Source: Schizosaccharomyces osmophilus (Eukaryota). Taken from it: a stretch of 64,000 nt of DNA. Both the position numbers and the translations under genes were made by a program. Shown in pieces: positions 46,384-56,827 of the stretch. The stretch spans positions 1,488,001-1,552,000 of the forward strand of contig NC_079240.1 in the NCBI RefSeq assembly GCF_027921745.1. The letters are read 5' to 3'. Numbering within the stretch: the stretch's first letter is position 1; every line of letters starts with the position of its first letter. A model generated the notes under the pieces. The model was not told where the DNA came from. It was given only the letters and a program-made list of their open reading frames with translations, and made no database searches.

Positions 46384-47563
46384 TTAAAAAGTTAATGCAC
46401 GTTTAGCCATTTCTAAAGCTCCTTCATAAGTAGCATTTCCTCCAATGAAACCCGATGCGTGAACAAAAATACAATTGGGAATTCCGGTTAATCTAGAAAG
46501 GTTTTCATCACGAATTCCTCTCCAGGGTTCGGGGAGAGCGAGACGAGAAGTGAATGAAGTAGGACCGATAGCGACAGCTTGAACGCGCCAACCTTTTCCG
46601 TCTGAATAAATAGCATACTTAAATTGTCCCTCTATATTGAGTTCTTTTTCAATGTCATAGAGATGACTCTTCCAAGGAAAGAATTTGCCCATAATCAAAA
46701 TAGGAGAATCCTTTGCCTCGAGAACGGCTTCACGCGCCAAAGTTTTTGCGGGCAACCAAGAAGAAGCGTAGTCGTTTACAGTACGAACAAACCAGCTACC
46801 GATGAACTCTGAGGCCTTCTGGAAACATTCCAAGAATGCCTCTTCGTCTTGTTTTTCAGAATTCCAAGAGGGGATGTAAGTGGACACCATTTCTGGAAGA
46901 CTCATGGCAGCTTTGAACGTAGGAGTCAAGTCAGCAGGGAAAGGTGAAATACCATTATCATTTGCATCCAGACCTTCAATAAAAGAAGTGTAGATTTTTT
47001 CATACAAGATGTCCAAGTCTTTTTGAGATAATTGCTTGCCCACCAAGACAGAGGTGATCACCTCTTTACCAAAGTGTTTGTACACCAAACCAGCACTAGA
47101 AAGGCGGGTTTTGTACTTGGAAGACAAAGTATCACTGAATTCACGTTGATGATGATCAAAATACTTGATACCGTCATATTTTCCGCCGACGTCCACAACA
47201 ATATCGCAACTGTCTAAGAGTTGGGGATCACGAGAACGAACCACTTTGGCGTTACGATAGGTGTCTAAATTACGAAGCATATAAACGGCAAGAGCTAGAA
47301 GAAACGTTAGCTTTTCAAAATTTCCATTGAAGATAGTTCGTGTCAAGCAGATACAGAAAACAGAAGTCAATGAGCTTGTATTCAATCCGATAACATCAAA
47401 GTTTCATCTACAAGCATCTTTTCCGCTCCTTGAAGCGTTTCATGTCCGCCAAATGTCCATAGTTATTCAACTCTCATTCCTGGCATCTAGCCTTTCCACT
47501 TCACGTACCTTCGTCCGCATGGAACGCGCCATTATGTGTAGCAATTGTCTTCACGGAACTCAT
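46384..47563 (-). CDS. myg1: Myg1-family DHH exonuclease, 2 exons
   Basis: Exons 47563-47509 and 47294-46384; 214-nt intron. Splicing gives IATHNGAFHADEALA; also VDVGG, FDHHQ, LSSAGL, FVHASGFIGG. Confidence 0.94.
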
Positions 47564-48001
47564 AATAAAACGATGCAAATTCACTTTAGAAAATTCCTCT
47601 TTTCCAACGGTGTTTTCTTTGGTCAAATTCCCAACTTCCTTATAGGCCTAATGAATTGTGATAGCTAGTATAGAATGTAAATCTACATATCGATCGTGTA
47701 ATAGCTCACTAAGCAAATTATGCGTATATTAACCAAGGTTGATAAAGTTAATAGTGATTTCAAACAAAAGTCAATGGAGTGTATTCGTGCGTAGCTTCCT
47801 CCACTGTAAACAAAAGTTTTTTACAGCCAAGAAATGAAATATAGTAGAATTGGATTCGCAGCTCTATTCGTTGTTTTTGCATGCGTGTTTGCTAAATTTT
47901 GACATCAAAAAAATTAAAAATTTTTCCTTTTCGCCCGCAATATTGCCAGTTCACCTACTCAACCTACAGGCTTTTCACAAAAATTAAGTCGTTCTAACTT
48001 T

Positions 48002-48027
48002 TGTACATGAGGCATGTACATGAGGCA
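48002..48027 (+). repeat. Perfect 13-bp tandem duplication
   Basis: TGTACATGAGGCA twice in succession. Confidence 0.9.
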
Positions 48028-48167
48028 AAAACGGGTTTTTATCATCTCTTACATTCGCTTCGTTATTGCTATTCTTTTGAGATATGTGCACTATAAAAAT
48101 AAGGACTACTCGTCTAAATGCAATTCAATAGTCGAAAAAAATTTATTCATATCAACACTTCCATATT

Positions 48168-48539
48168 TTAGGCAGTAGCAGCAGGGATACGAGCTAATTG
48201 TGGTTAGTAACGAATAAAAGGTTCCGACAAAAAATTGTCACATACTGTAAATGAGCTGCTTAGAAGAGTGGTCCACTTTTTGGATAACACCACGGTCAGC
48301 CAAATCTTTGATGGCGATTCGGGCAAGAGCACCGTTCATCTTCATACGGTCCACAAGGACAGAAACAGAGACAAACTTGAAAGCGGGAACCTCCTTGTTG
48401 ATACGGTCAATAAGAGTCTTGTCGAAGACAGTGGCGTGTTGAGCCTTGTCTTTCACTTTTCCTTTAGACCATTTCTTCTTAGGTGCCTAATACATTGTTA
48501 ATTTCTTCTCCCTTACTCCTTTCCATATTCACTTACCAT
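48168..48539 (-). CDS. rps25: 40S ribosomal protein S25 (eS25), 3 exons
   Basis: Exons 48539-48537 (ATG only), 48486-48246 and 48193-48168 give MAPKKKWSKGKVKDKAQH...LIYTRIPAATA. Confidence 0.95.
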
Positions 48540-48589
48540 TTTTGTGGATGGTTTGTTCTACTTAGTTGTTCCGTTTACGAATAGCACAG

Positions 48590-48615
48590 TGTGACTGTTA
48601 TTACAACCCTACCCT
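48590..48615. promoter_or_regulatory. Homol D and Homol E boxes of the rps25 promoter
   Basis: TGTGACTG (CAGTCACA on minus) 48590-48597; ACCCTACCCT 48606-48615; these are the known fission yeast ribosomal protein promoter elements. Confidence 0.9.
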
Positions 48616-48923
48616 GACAAACATAGTTTAGGTTAGGGTAATTAAAAGCGCAAAGTGAACAAGAGATCGCTTTAAACGAGAATAAGAATGAAGTTTCAAT
48701 TGCATTTTAATACTACGAGCTAAAAACATTGCATTGCTAATAAATATTTAGTCAAGTACTTCTAATTCATAGACTGTGAAAACGCGAATGGCGTAAAATG
48801 GCTTCCGTAAATATAATTCATTAACTAAGCAGATTATATGTATGTATTAGGATGCTAAAGCAAAACCAAAAATTACATCAAGACCAGCTTGATTCAATTT
48901 GATTCCATCGTAAATCGGTCATG

Positions 48924-51920
48924 TCAATCAAAATCAGAAAAGTTGTTGAGAGAAGCCAGCAAGTTCGGTTTATTAGGAACAGATGGGTTGGCTGCTGTAG
49001 CTTGCGAACCTTGAATCTGAGGCTTTTCCCTGTTGTTAGTATTTGAAACCTGCATGAGACCCTTGAATCTACGACCAGTAGTTCGTTGCGTGGAGGAAAC
49101 AAGAGTAGAGGTTTTTAGGTTTGAAGAAGATATATCGCCAGCACTTCCGTCCATTTTACTCCTTTTCGATTTTCGCATCATTGTCTTCAATGTTGCCGGT
49201 AAATCAATGTCATCCTTTCCGGTCAAAGACGTCTTTGAAATCGCTTTACTTAATTCCGAGCGATCAACATAATTCCGATTTGCCTTTTCTAATAGTCCAT
49301 CTCTTTCACGAATTGCATCTTCGCCATCGTCAACTTCCACAGGATCAGACCTAACATGCTCTTCTCCAAGTTCAGAAGATCCTATACCGGAATCTTCATC
49401 GTTATTGTCTAACCAATGAAGATTATCAGTAGTATCTACCAAATTATCCTCAACTGTAGCCAAAAACGCTTTCCTTTTTCCTCCGCCAAGAATCTCCAAG
49501 TTCTCATGCTTCATCAACTTCCGTCTTCGAAGCTCCTTAAGCTTTTCTCGTCGAATTCCGTTGTGCTCATCATCATCGTCATCGCTATCGTCTAATAAGC
49601 CTACATTGTTCCTACGTCTTTTCCGAAGCCCACCGGTCGTGACATCTTTCATAAGCTGTTCGACTAATTTGCTGTCCTTGTCAATTTCTTGATCACGAGC
49701 ATATTGAGCCATCGATGCTATTTCTTCTTTCTTCAGCTTTGTTTCATCATCAATCATGTTTTTGATTTCTGGCTCCAACTCCTCGTTTCCGTCGTCGTCA
49801 TCTGAAACTCCTCCCATTCCAGCATATTCATCTTCGGACTCTTCAGCTTGATCTTCTACAAAACTCGTGAAATTGACTTTTGAGTCACCCTTTCCTGGAC
49901 GCCTCTGTAATAGATCCTTTCTGGGAAGAGAAGTAGCTTCATCGTTTTCCTTGTCCACCTGGGTTTTTACCAACTGGCTTGGCTCATCTTTCTTAATCGA
50001 ATCTACCTGAGTCGGTATTGATGCGTCCACTTGAGTGGGTATCAAGGCATCTATTTGTGTTGGTACAGTGTCTTCTTCAAGCGGTGTAATATTCGATAAT
50101 GTCCATCTAGGAGGGGGCTGACTGAAATTTGCATCGACAATAGAGAGCTGTGAATCTGATGGAAGCATATTTTGAAAATAGAAAGCAGAGGGATCTTCTT
50201 TGCTTTCCTTTTCTTCTTTATTCTCCTTTGATGAATGGGAGAAGTCATCAATTCGCAAATCATCCTCATTGTCGGAATCCACAACCCTCATGTCAGATGA
50301 AGAATTATTCTGCTCCTCAATCTCATCATCATCTAATACAACGCGATTGTTTTTTCTTTTCTTCAAACTTGCATCGGATGACTCAGATTGCGTCGCCTGA
50401 ATGATTACATCGGAAATTACTGTCTTAGGTTTTTTATTGGCAGAAACATCCTCATAATCAGCTTCTTGGTCATCGTCTGAAGAACCATCTCCACCAAGTT
50501 CATGCTCTTTTTGCCGTATATTTTCCGCTTCCTTTCTAGCACGTTCAATATATCCTAATTGCTCTTCTTCATCTTTGTCAGGATCGGAAACCAAAAGCCC
50601 TTGCTTTTCTAAGTCTTTCTCTGTTTCTTCTCTTTCAGCTTTTGACATCATTGCAGCTCTTTTCATCAAATCTCGGTTGAATTCTTTCATTCTAAATTCT
50701 TTTTCTTCAGGCTTCGTGTTTCCTTTCGTGTGAACCCTAATGCCAGCAAGCTTCTTTAGTCTCTCAGCAACCGTGTCAACATTCTCTGAAGATTTGACTG
50801 ACTGTACTGTGTCCAGCGTCGCCGTTTTTGGACGAGTCTCTATTTCTAAGTCCGATTCTGAATCTGAAGTTTCGGTATACATTTTCTTAGAGAGTTTTTG
50901 AATTTTGTCCTTTATAGATAATTTAGGTGTTGTTTCCTTCGGAAGCATGTTACTGAACAAACTCGACTGTCCTAAGTCCGGCATATTCAGTTCACCTATT
51001 TTCATTCCCTTATCAACATCATTGTCTGACGAGTCATCAGAGTTCAATGGGTTTTCATCATTACTTCCCTCTACTCTAGGATTGGGGTCAGCATTTTCCT
51101 TTGAAGGAATATCTTCAGTTATATTCTGCGTTGATACTGACTCATCTTTCGAATTTTTTCCAGTTTCCGTTTTGGGCTTAAATCCAATCTTACCAAAGAA
51201 ATCATTTAGAGTAACTTTCTTGCCGATTTTTATCTCAGGTTTTCTAGCTACTTCACGTGTCAGTTTTGCAGTATTTCGATGAAGGTCAAGAAGTGCTTTC
51301 TTGGAGGCTTTTCGATATCCACGCTCCATGCCATATGATTTACTCTCAGGTGCCACTCCTTCTTCTTCTTGATTACTGTCGGCATCTGAAGAACCTTCGT
51401 TGACGGCGGCTGGTTCATCTAGATTAAAGAGATCATCCTGTTGAGCTTTCAATTCTTTCTTTTTCTTTTCAACTAATTGTTTTAAGCGAGACTCGCGGTC
51501 AAGCGGTGCAACTTGAACTGGTTCCTGTTCTACCGGAGAACTTGGCGTCGAGGCTTGTTGGACGCTACCAATATTGCTTTCCAACCTTTCATTCTCCAGA
51601 TTTTCTTTTTCAGATGCAATATTATTTTTCTTTTCGCTCTGTAATCGTTGCTTAACACGCTCATAGGCTGAATTAAATTTGGACTGTAAATCGTCGTCCA
51701 TCTGGATATCAGAGTTATTTTGGACATCCTTGGCAGGAACCTCTGTTTCGTTTACAATAGCAGCAGGCTCATAATCATCATCAAACTTCGCTAGCATTCT
51801 CTTCACTCGAGTCCGTGGAGTCTCTAAGAGTTCATTTGACGAGTTCTCATTTTCTGATAATTCAACATCATGAACTGCTTCTTCCGAATCCATTACTGGT
51901 CCCTGATGCTCGGTATCCAT
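48924..51920 (-). CDS. mrc1: Replication checkpoint mediator Mrc1 (claspin)
   Basis: TPRTRVKRMLA, RKASKKALLDLHRNT, TQxD repeats, FVEDQAEESEDEYAGMGG, C-terminal FSDFD; first ATG at 51920. Confidence 0.95.
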   Translation of the reverse strand: MDTEHQGPVMDSEEAVHDVELSENENSSNELLETPRTRVKRMLAKFDDDYEPAAIVNETEVPAKDVQNNSDIQMDDDLQSKFNSAYERVKQRLQSEKKNNIASEKENLENERLESNIGSVQQASTPSSPVEQEPVQVAPLDRESRLKQLVEKKKKELKAQQDDLFNLDEPAAVNEGSSDADSNQEEEGVAPESKSYGMERGYRKASKKALLDLHRNTAKLTREVARKPEIKIGKKVTLNDFFGKIGFKPKTETGKNSKDESVSTQNITEDIPSKENADPNPRVEGSNDENPLNSDDSSDNDVDKGMKIGELNMPDLGQSSLFSNMLPKETTPKLSIKDKIQKLSKKMYTETSDSESDLEIETRPKTATLDTVQSVKSSENVDTVAERLKKLAGIRVHTKGNTKPEEKEFRMKEFNRDLMKRAAMMSKAEREETEKDLEKQGLLVSDPDKDEEEQLGYIERARKEAENIRQKEHELGGDGSSDDDQEADYEDVSANKKPKTVISDVIIQATQSESSDASLKKRKNNRVVLDDDEIEEQNNSSSDMRVVDSDNEDDLRIDDFSHSSKENKEEKESKEDPSAFYFQNMLPSDSQLSIVDANFSQPPPRWTLSNITPLEEDTVPTQIDALIPTQVDASIPTQVDSIKKDEPSQLVKTQVDKENDEATSLPRKDLLQRRPGKGDSKVNFTSFVEDQAEESEDEYAGMGGVSDDDDGNEELEPEIKNMIDDETKLKKEEIASMAQYARDQEIDKDSKLVEQLMKDVTTGGLRKRRRNNVGLLDDSDDDDDEHNGIRREKLKELRRRKLMKHENLEILGGGKRKAFLATVEDNLVDTTDNLHWLDNNDEDSGIGSSELGEEHVRSDPVEVDDGEDAIRERDGLLEKANRNYVDRSELSKAISKTSLTGKDDIDLPATLKTMMRKSKRSKMDGSAGDISSSNLKTSTLVSSTQRTTGRRFKGLMQVSNTNNREKPQIQGSQATAANPSVPNKPNLLASLNNFSDFD

Positions 51921-51991
51921 GCCTGAAATGAATTTGGTCTGGTATAGGTTTTGTTTACGTTCGTACACGACATACTTAATATGACTCGACA

Positions 51992-52029
51992 ACGCGACGC
52001 GACCCTAATTCGATCGTGTCGCGACGCGT
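51992..52029. promoter_or_regulatory. MCB cluster (MBF sites) in the mrc1 promoter
   Basis: ACGCGACGCG at 51992-52001 and CGCGACGCGT at 52020-52029, 70-110 bp upstream of the ATG; mrc1 is a known MBF target in S. pombe. Confidence 0.85.
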
Positions 52030-52253
52030 AACGTAGTACAATCAAAGATTATGGATTTAACACAAAACATCAGCAATTACTGTACCATACTTTACTAAAC
52101 AAATAATTTTATTAAGTAATCAAAATGAATTATATAAAAATTAGAGAGACGTAAGAAGTATGATCGTAGTTATCGTGTCGAATACGTATATTTTTGCTAT
52201 ATGAAAGACATCAAACGATAGTTATGATATCTCTAACACAGGAACAATTCTTT

Positions 52254-55200
52254 TTAGCGTCTAGAACCTTTTGCACGCGCAGCATACAAAAGTTTAAACC
52301 CATTGCAAAGGGCGGTCATGTCAGCATAAACATTGCCTTGCAAAAAGTAAGCGTTTGGAATCACTTTCACGGGCCATGCCAACACTGGAGAAGCTACGCC
52401 AGCTTTAAAACAAAGGACAAAATATCCCGGGTGATCCTGATCAGAGCAAAAAGTATAACAAGAACGCTTGGGATTAGCCTCAGAGTAGCTATCTAGCCAA
52501 TGTTCAGTTTCAGTACGACCTCCCGGTCTATATTTTTCATGCATGCACATTTCATCAATCTTCTTAGCAATTGCTTTGATATGCATGACAATCAATTCAT
52601 CCAAATCGCTGTACTGGTATGTCATATTTTCAAAACGACCTTTAACAATCAATCGTTGACCAATGCTAAACTCATTTTCTTTATCCAGTTCCAAAACATC
52701 AATATGCTGAAAGGCGGATTCACCAACTTTCCAAGTTACTACAATATGATCAGAACCTTTCGATGACGGTCGAATAACTAAGTCACCAACCTGTAACTTG
52801 GATAAATACGCTTCTGCCTGAGAAGCATTTAAATCTTTAAACAATGGATGTTTAATGACACGAGCCACTCGCTGTTCAGCTTGTGTTTCGGCATGCATTT
52901 TCTCATTATCGCGGTCTTCAGCTTCAGCATCCCAATAAGCTGTCAAATGGGAACGATCCTTTTGTTTAACCTGCACAGTCTGCATGATGCTGTTTCTCAA
53001 GGAAAGTTCCGCTGTAAAATTCTGCTCATTTAAAGAAATGATAATAGCTTCAACTGTCTGACCTGCTTGAAGGAGCTGAGGAGGTGGAATAAAGTCATCA
53101 CTAACTTCATCAGCTTTAATGTCGCCATCAACATCACAGTCGAGCTTAACAGCAACAAATCGATTAGTAACACGCTTTACGTTTACAGGAACCAGCGTAT
53201 CAGGACGCAAGTTTCTTGGATTTTCACCAGTTAACATGAGGAATATTTCTGAAGGAGTAAGTTTATGGAACATATTCCTTTGTTCCCCATAAGGATCTTT
53301 TAACTCTCGACGAACTTTTTCTAATGTACTTCTTTTACGTTGATGGAACTCACGTTCTAATTGATCAGCATATTCTTCAAGTACAAGTTCATCAACCTTC
53401 GCCACTTCATTGTCCTCTAGCAAGTGATACACAACACCTTTGCTAGCTTCTAATTCTTCAATATCCTCTTCATCTAATTCTAAAGCATCGCTAGCCATTT
53501 TACGAGCGAGTTCATAATCTTCATTATGGATACGGGTTGTGTCTAGGATATCCATGTTTGGGTATTCATCATTTGGTATAATGAAGAATGAGGAGCAGTT
53601 TATAAAAATCTTTCTTGTAACGATTTGTTTAGAAATTAAGTCACTTCTGTTGTCAATTCGGCCACCTACTGTTGCAATCTTTTTAAGTATGTAGTCTGCT
53701 TTACGAGGACCTAAGCCTGCAATGTAAGGAAGGATGTTGGCCTCGTACTTATTATTGACAGCCTCATTTATATCTATTCCAACGAGCGAGGATACGTCTA
53801 CCAATGCAGTTTCAAGATATCTCCACAAAGTCTCTGAAGGTAAGAGATGCTGCCAGGGATCAAATGACAAAGACAGAAGGTCATGACCTAAAGCCGCATA
53901 TTCAAACAATGGATTCTGCACGTAGCGAGCCAGCGCAATGCAGTACAATGTTATAGTGGAAAAACTTGGAAACTCGTCGGTTGCGCGAGAAGAGTTTTGG
54001 TAAAGACGAGCAATTTCATCGTTTACCATAACAATATCGACAGGATCACGAGAGCTCAAAGACACTTGCACATTCTGACGTACTTTATGTGCAGCAACAC
54101 TCATTCCGGAGACACCAATGACATCGGGGTTGACTTTATCAACAAAGTCAGTAAACATGGCTTGATTTGCAGGGTCTCTAAAATCGGGTAATTTGATTGA
54201 ATCGACTGGCTCACCCATATCATTAACGAAAAGACAAATGATTGCATCAGAGGGTTCACCTTTGCCATTAGAAACCGCTAAGACCGAAGGAATGGTCCCG
54301 CGGTCAAAATTTTTCGTTGTAGGTTCATAAGGTGCTTGATCCAATCTGGAATACAACCTTGTACGGCAAAGCATTCCTAGTTCATCCAAATATTTGGAAC
54401 GGAGGGTTTCACGAATTGCGCCTGGCGCTAAAGTTGATAACTGCTTGAAGACATCTTTTAAGACCATTTCTCGTTGAGAATTCCATTTAGTGGCATTTTC
54501 TGAATAACTATCGGATAATATAAGTTCAAAAAAGTCATTAAAGACAGTGTTTTTATCGCTAAAGTCAACCGATAATTGTATAAGCCCTTCTTCTTCAGCT
54601 TTTAGCATTTTTAAAAACAGGATAGGAGACTGTTCAAAGGATGCCAATGGCTTGCCCTTTAAGTATTTAAAATCGTAATAAGGATGCTCGTTGTCAATCT
54701 TACGAACACCCTTTTGTGTTGCTAATGTAGATACAACGCCGGTTTGAAATAATTTATCTCTAAATGCTTTTCTAAAATAGGGATCATGAGCAACCTCTTC
54801 AGCGAACACCTTGCGAGCTCTTTGCAAAACCGACTCATGATCGGTGAGATCGGTAGAGACATACGAAGTGGCAAGTTCTTGAGGTGATACTGAAACATCT
54901 TCAACAAAACGAAGACGAGCACCTTGGACAACATTGAATGAAAAGTCTCTAGCGCTAATACCGAACTCTTTTACGAGATGATAAAGTGGGGATTTTTTAG
55001 TCTTTTCATAAAAGGAATACTTTGATACTTGAGGTCGGCGTAGGCCAGTGCCAACCAACAAAGCACGATCCCGAATTTGTTCGGAATAAGTAAAGTGAAG
55101 ATAATCATTCAAGTCATCTACTGTTTCCAAGGAAGATGCTTCTTGGCATAATGTAACAACCATCTCATCACTGATACCTAGATCAGAATATAATTTCATG

Positions 55201-56357
55201 AGATCCTTCTTCTTGCTATGGAGAGACCAGTATCTGGTGCATAAGTTGAAAATACACCAGAGATCATCTTGGTTAAGTAGCGGGGTTATAGAATCACGCT
55301 GGCGATCATAATGAATTATGTAATCTCGACGGTGTTGCCATATGAAGGGAACTTCAAGACTTTCTCGAACGAAGAAATGAACTGTATGCCGTACAGCGGA
55401 TCGGAAATGGTCTAACAAGTCGCTCTTCATATCATGCCTCTTTTCCAACAATCGATTGGTGATCCAGAGACTTTCGTCAAGTAATTCTTGGTCAGCGCAA
55501 TCGGCATTTCTTCTCATATATAACTGCATGCGTTCAGGTTCGTCGGTTATACGAATAATTTCATCTTCTTCCGTAAGCATTTTTTCTTGAAGTTCACTGG
55601 GCTCGAATATAGTTTTCAAACTAACAGGCTCTTGAAGTTCATCTTCAACGTCTTCATCTTCCAAGGCAAAAGCATAGTCGGCTCCATCACCGAAAATCTC
55701 GTATATTTGAATGTAGTCATCTTCGGATATGCCCAATGCCTCTGGTCGAACCGATTCAATTTGAGGAGTCACATCATACTTTTCTTCTTGAGGCTCTTCA
55801 TCCTCAAATTCGTCCTGTTCAATGAAATCCGCAAATTCGTCCATAACCCCATTGCGTCTTCCATATGCACGGTCGGGTTCATCGATTCCCTCTTCTCGCT
55901 CAGTGGGTTCTTTTTCTTCTTGATCTTCATCTTCTGAAAAAATTTTTTCAAGATCTTCCTCCTGGTCACGTCCTCGCTTCAGCCTTTTTAGTTTTGTCCG
56001 ATTATCCTGACCAGTATTCTCCATGACCAATTCTAGATCATCCTCATCCAGCATACCTTGAGGTGCTTTTTCTTCCTCGGCGCGTTTTTTGCGCTTTTTC
56101 TTCTTCAAGGCTTCTTGAGGTGCCTCATCGTCTTCATCTTCGACTATGAATCCTTCACGGATCGCTCGTTCAGCTTCCTCATCCGTTTCAGATTCTTCTG
56201 AAGAGTCGTGATGTTCATTATTATCTAAACGATCACCTTCACCTTCTTCATTTATTTCATCCGCGTTTACATCGCGTCCGTCTTCTATAGGGCCGTCATT
56301 ATTTTTTTCAACATTTGGGCTTTCATTTGGTGAACCAGAAACCCCAAGTTCACTCAT
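52254..56357 (-). CDS. spt6: Transcription elongation factor / histone chaperone Spt6
   Basis: Acidic N-terminus, YqgF/HhH core (YIAGLGPRKA), S1 and tandem SH2 regions (IRPSSKG); first ATG at 56357. Confidence 0.97.
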   Translation of the reverse strand: MSELGVSGSPNESPNVEKNNDGPIEDGRDVNADEINEEGEGDRLDNNEHHDSSEESETDEEAERAIREGFIVEDEDDEAPQEALKKKKRKKRAEEEKAPQGMLDEDDLELVMENTGQDNRTKLKRLKRGRDQEEDLEKIFSEDEDQEEKEPTEREEGIDEPDRAYGRRNGVMDEFADFIEQDEFEDEEPQEEKYDVTPQIESVRPEALGISEDDYIQIYEIFGDGADYAFALEDEDVEDELQEPVSLKTIFEPSELQEKMLTEEDEIIRITDEPERMQLYMRRNADCADQELLDESLWITNRLLEKRHDMKSDLLDHFRSAVRHTVHFFVRESLEVPFIWQHRRDYIIHYDRQRDSITPLLNQDDLWCIFNLCTRYWSLHSKKKDLMKLYSDLGISDEMVVTLCQEASSLETVDDLNDYLHFTYSEQIRDRALLVGTGLRRPQVSKYSFYEKTKKSPLYHLVKEFGISARDFSFNVVQGARLRFVEDVSVSPQELATSYVSTDLTDHESVLQRARKVFAEEVAHDPYFRKAFRDKLFQTGVVSTLATQKGVRKIDNEHPYYDFKYLKGKPLASFEQSPILFLKMLKAEEEGLIQLSVDFSDKNTVFNDFFELILSDSYSENATKWNSQREMVLKDVFKQLSTLAPGAIRETLRSKYLDELGMLCRTRLYSRLDQAPYEPTTKNFDRGTIPSVLAVSNGKGEPSDAIICLFVNDMGEPVDSIKLPDFRDPANQAMFTDFVDKVNPDVIGVSGMSVAAHKVRQNVQVSLSSRDPVDIVMVNDEIARLYQNSSRATDEFPSFSTITLYCIALARYVQNPLFEYAALGHDLLSLSFDPWQHLLPSETLWRYLETALVDVSSLVGIDINEAVNNKYEANILPYIAGLGPRKADYILKKIATVGGRIDNRSDLISKQIVTRKIFINCSSFFIIPNDEYPNMDILDTTRIHNEDYELARKMASDALELDEEDIEELEASKGVVYHLLEDNEVAKVDELVLEEYADQLEREFHQRKRSTLEKVRRELKDPYGEQRNMFHKLTPSEIFLMLTGENPRNLRPDTLVPVNVKRVTNRFVAVKLDCDVDGDIKADEVSDDFIPPPQLLQAGQTVEAIIISLNEQNFTAELSLRNSIMQTVQVKQKDRSHLTAYWDAEAEDRDNEKMHAETQAEQRVARVIKHPLFKDLNASQAEAYLSKLQVGDLVIRPSSKGSDHIVVTWKVGESAFQHIDVLELDKENEFSIGQRLIVKGRFENMTYQYSDLDELIVMHIKAIAKKIDEMCMHEKYRPGGRTETEHWLDSYSEANPKRSCYTFCSDQDHPGYFVLCFKAGVASPVLAWPVKVIPNAYFLQGNVYADMTALCNGFKLLYAARAKGSRR

Positions 56358-56827
56358 CTCTTCCAAATTCACAACAGAAAAACAAATTTCCAAAACCCTG
56401 CCGGTCTGTTGTGGTTAGGCCTGCGTGGATTTGTGAAAATGACCTTCTTGGCAGTGCGTACTTTGCCTTAAAAATGATCGAGTTCAAAATAGCGTACCTT
56501 GGTGTACTTCACTAAACCAATATGCAGCAAAATGTTTTTCCCTGAAAATTTGGATTTTCTTTGAGTTATACTTCTTGTTCCTCTGTTTTTCTACTTGACA
56601 TATTTCTACACGACTTTAAAACTTACAATGATACTGCTCTATGTGAGCTTTAAATTATACTCGTAGAAGAAAAGTATTGTATATTGAACCCCGTATTTAC
56701 CAAAACATGAAACAAGTTGATTCCCAATTTTTCACAATGAGTGAAACGCCCATTAAATAACTTTTTGTACTCCAAAAATGTGTATTATATATAACTCATT
56801 GAACGTAGTGATAAGTTAGTCAGTCGC

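Noticed and set aside
51921..51992. N-terminal extensions in the ORF track for mrc1, spt6, loz1, mss51, ypf1, psd2 and tam6
   Set aside because: They begin at TTG/GTG codons; the first in-frame ATG fits the expected protein.
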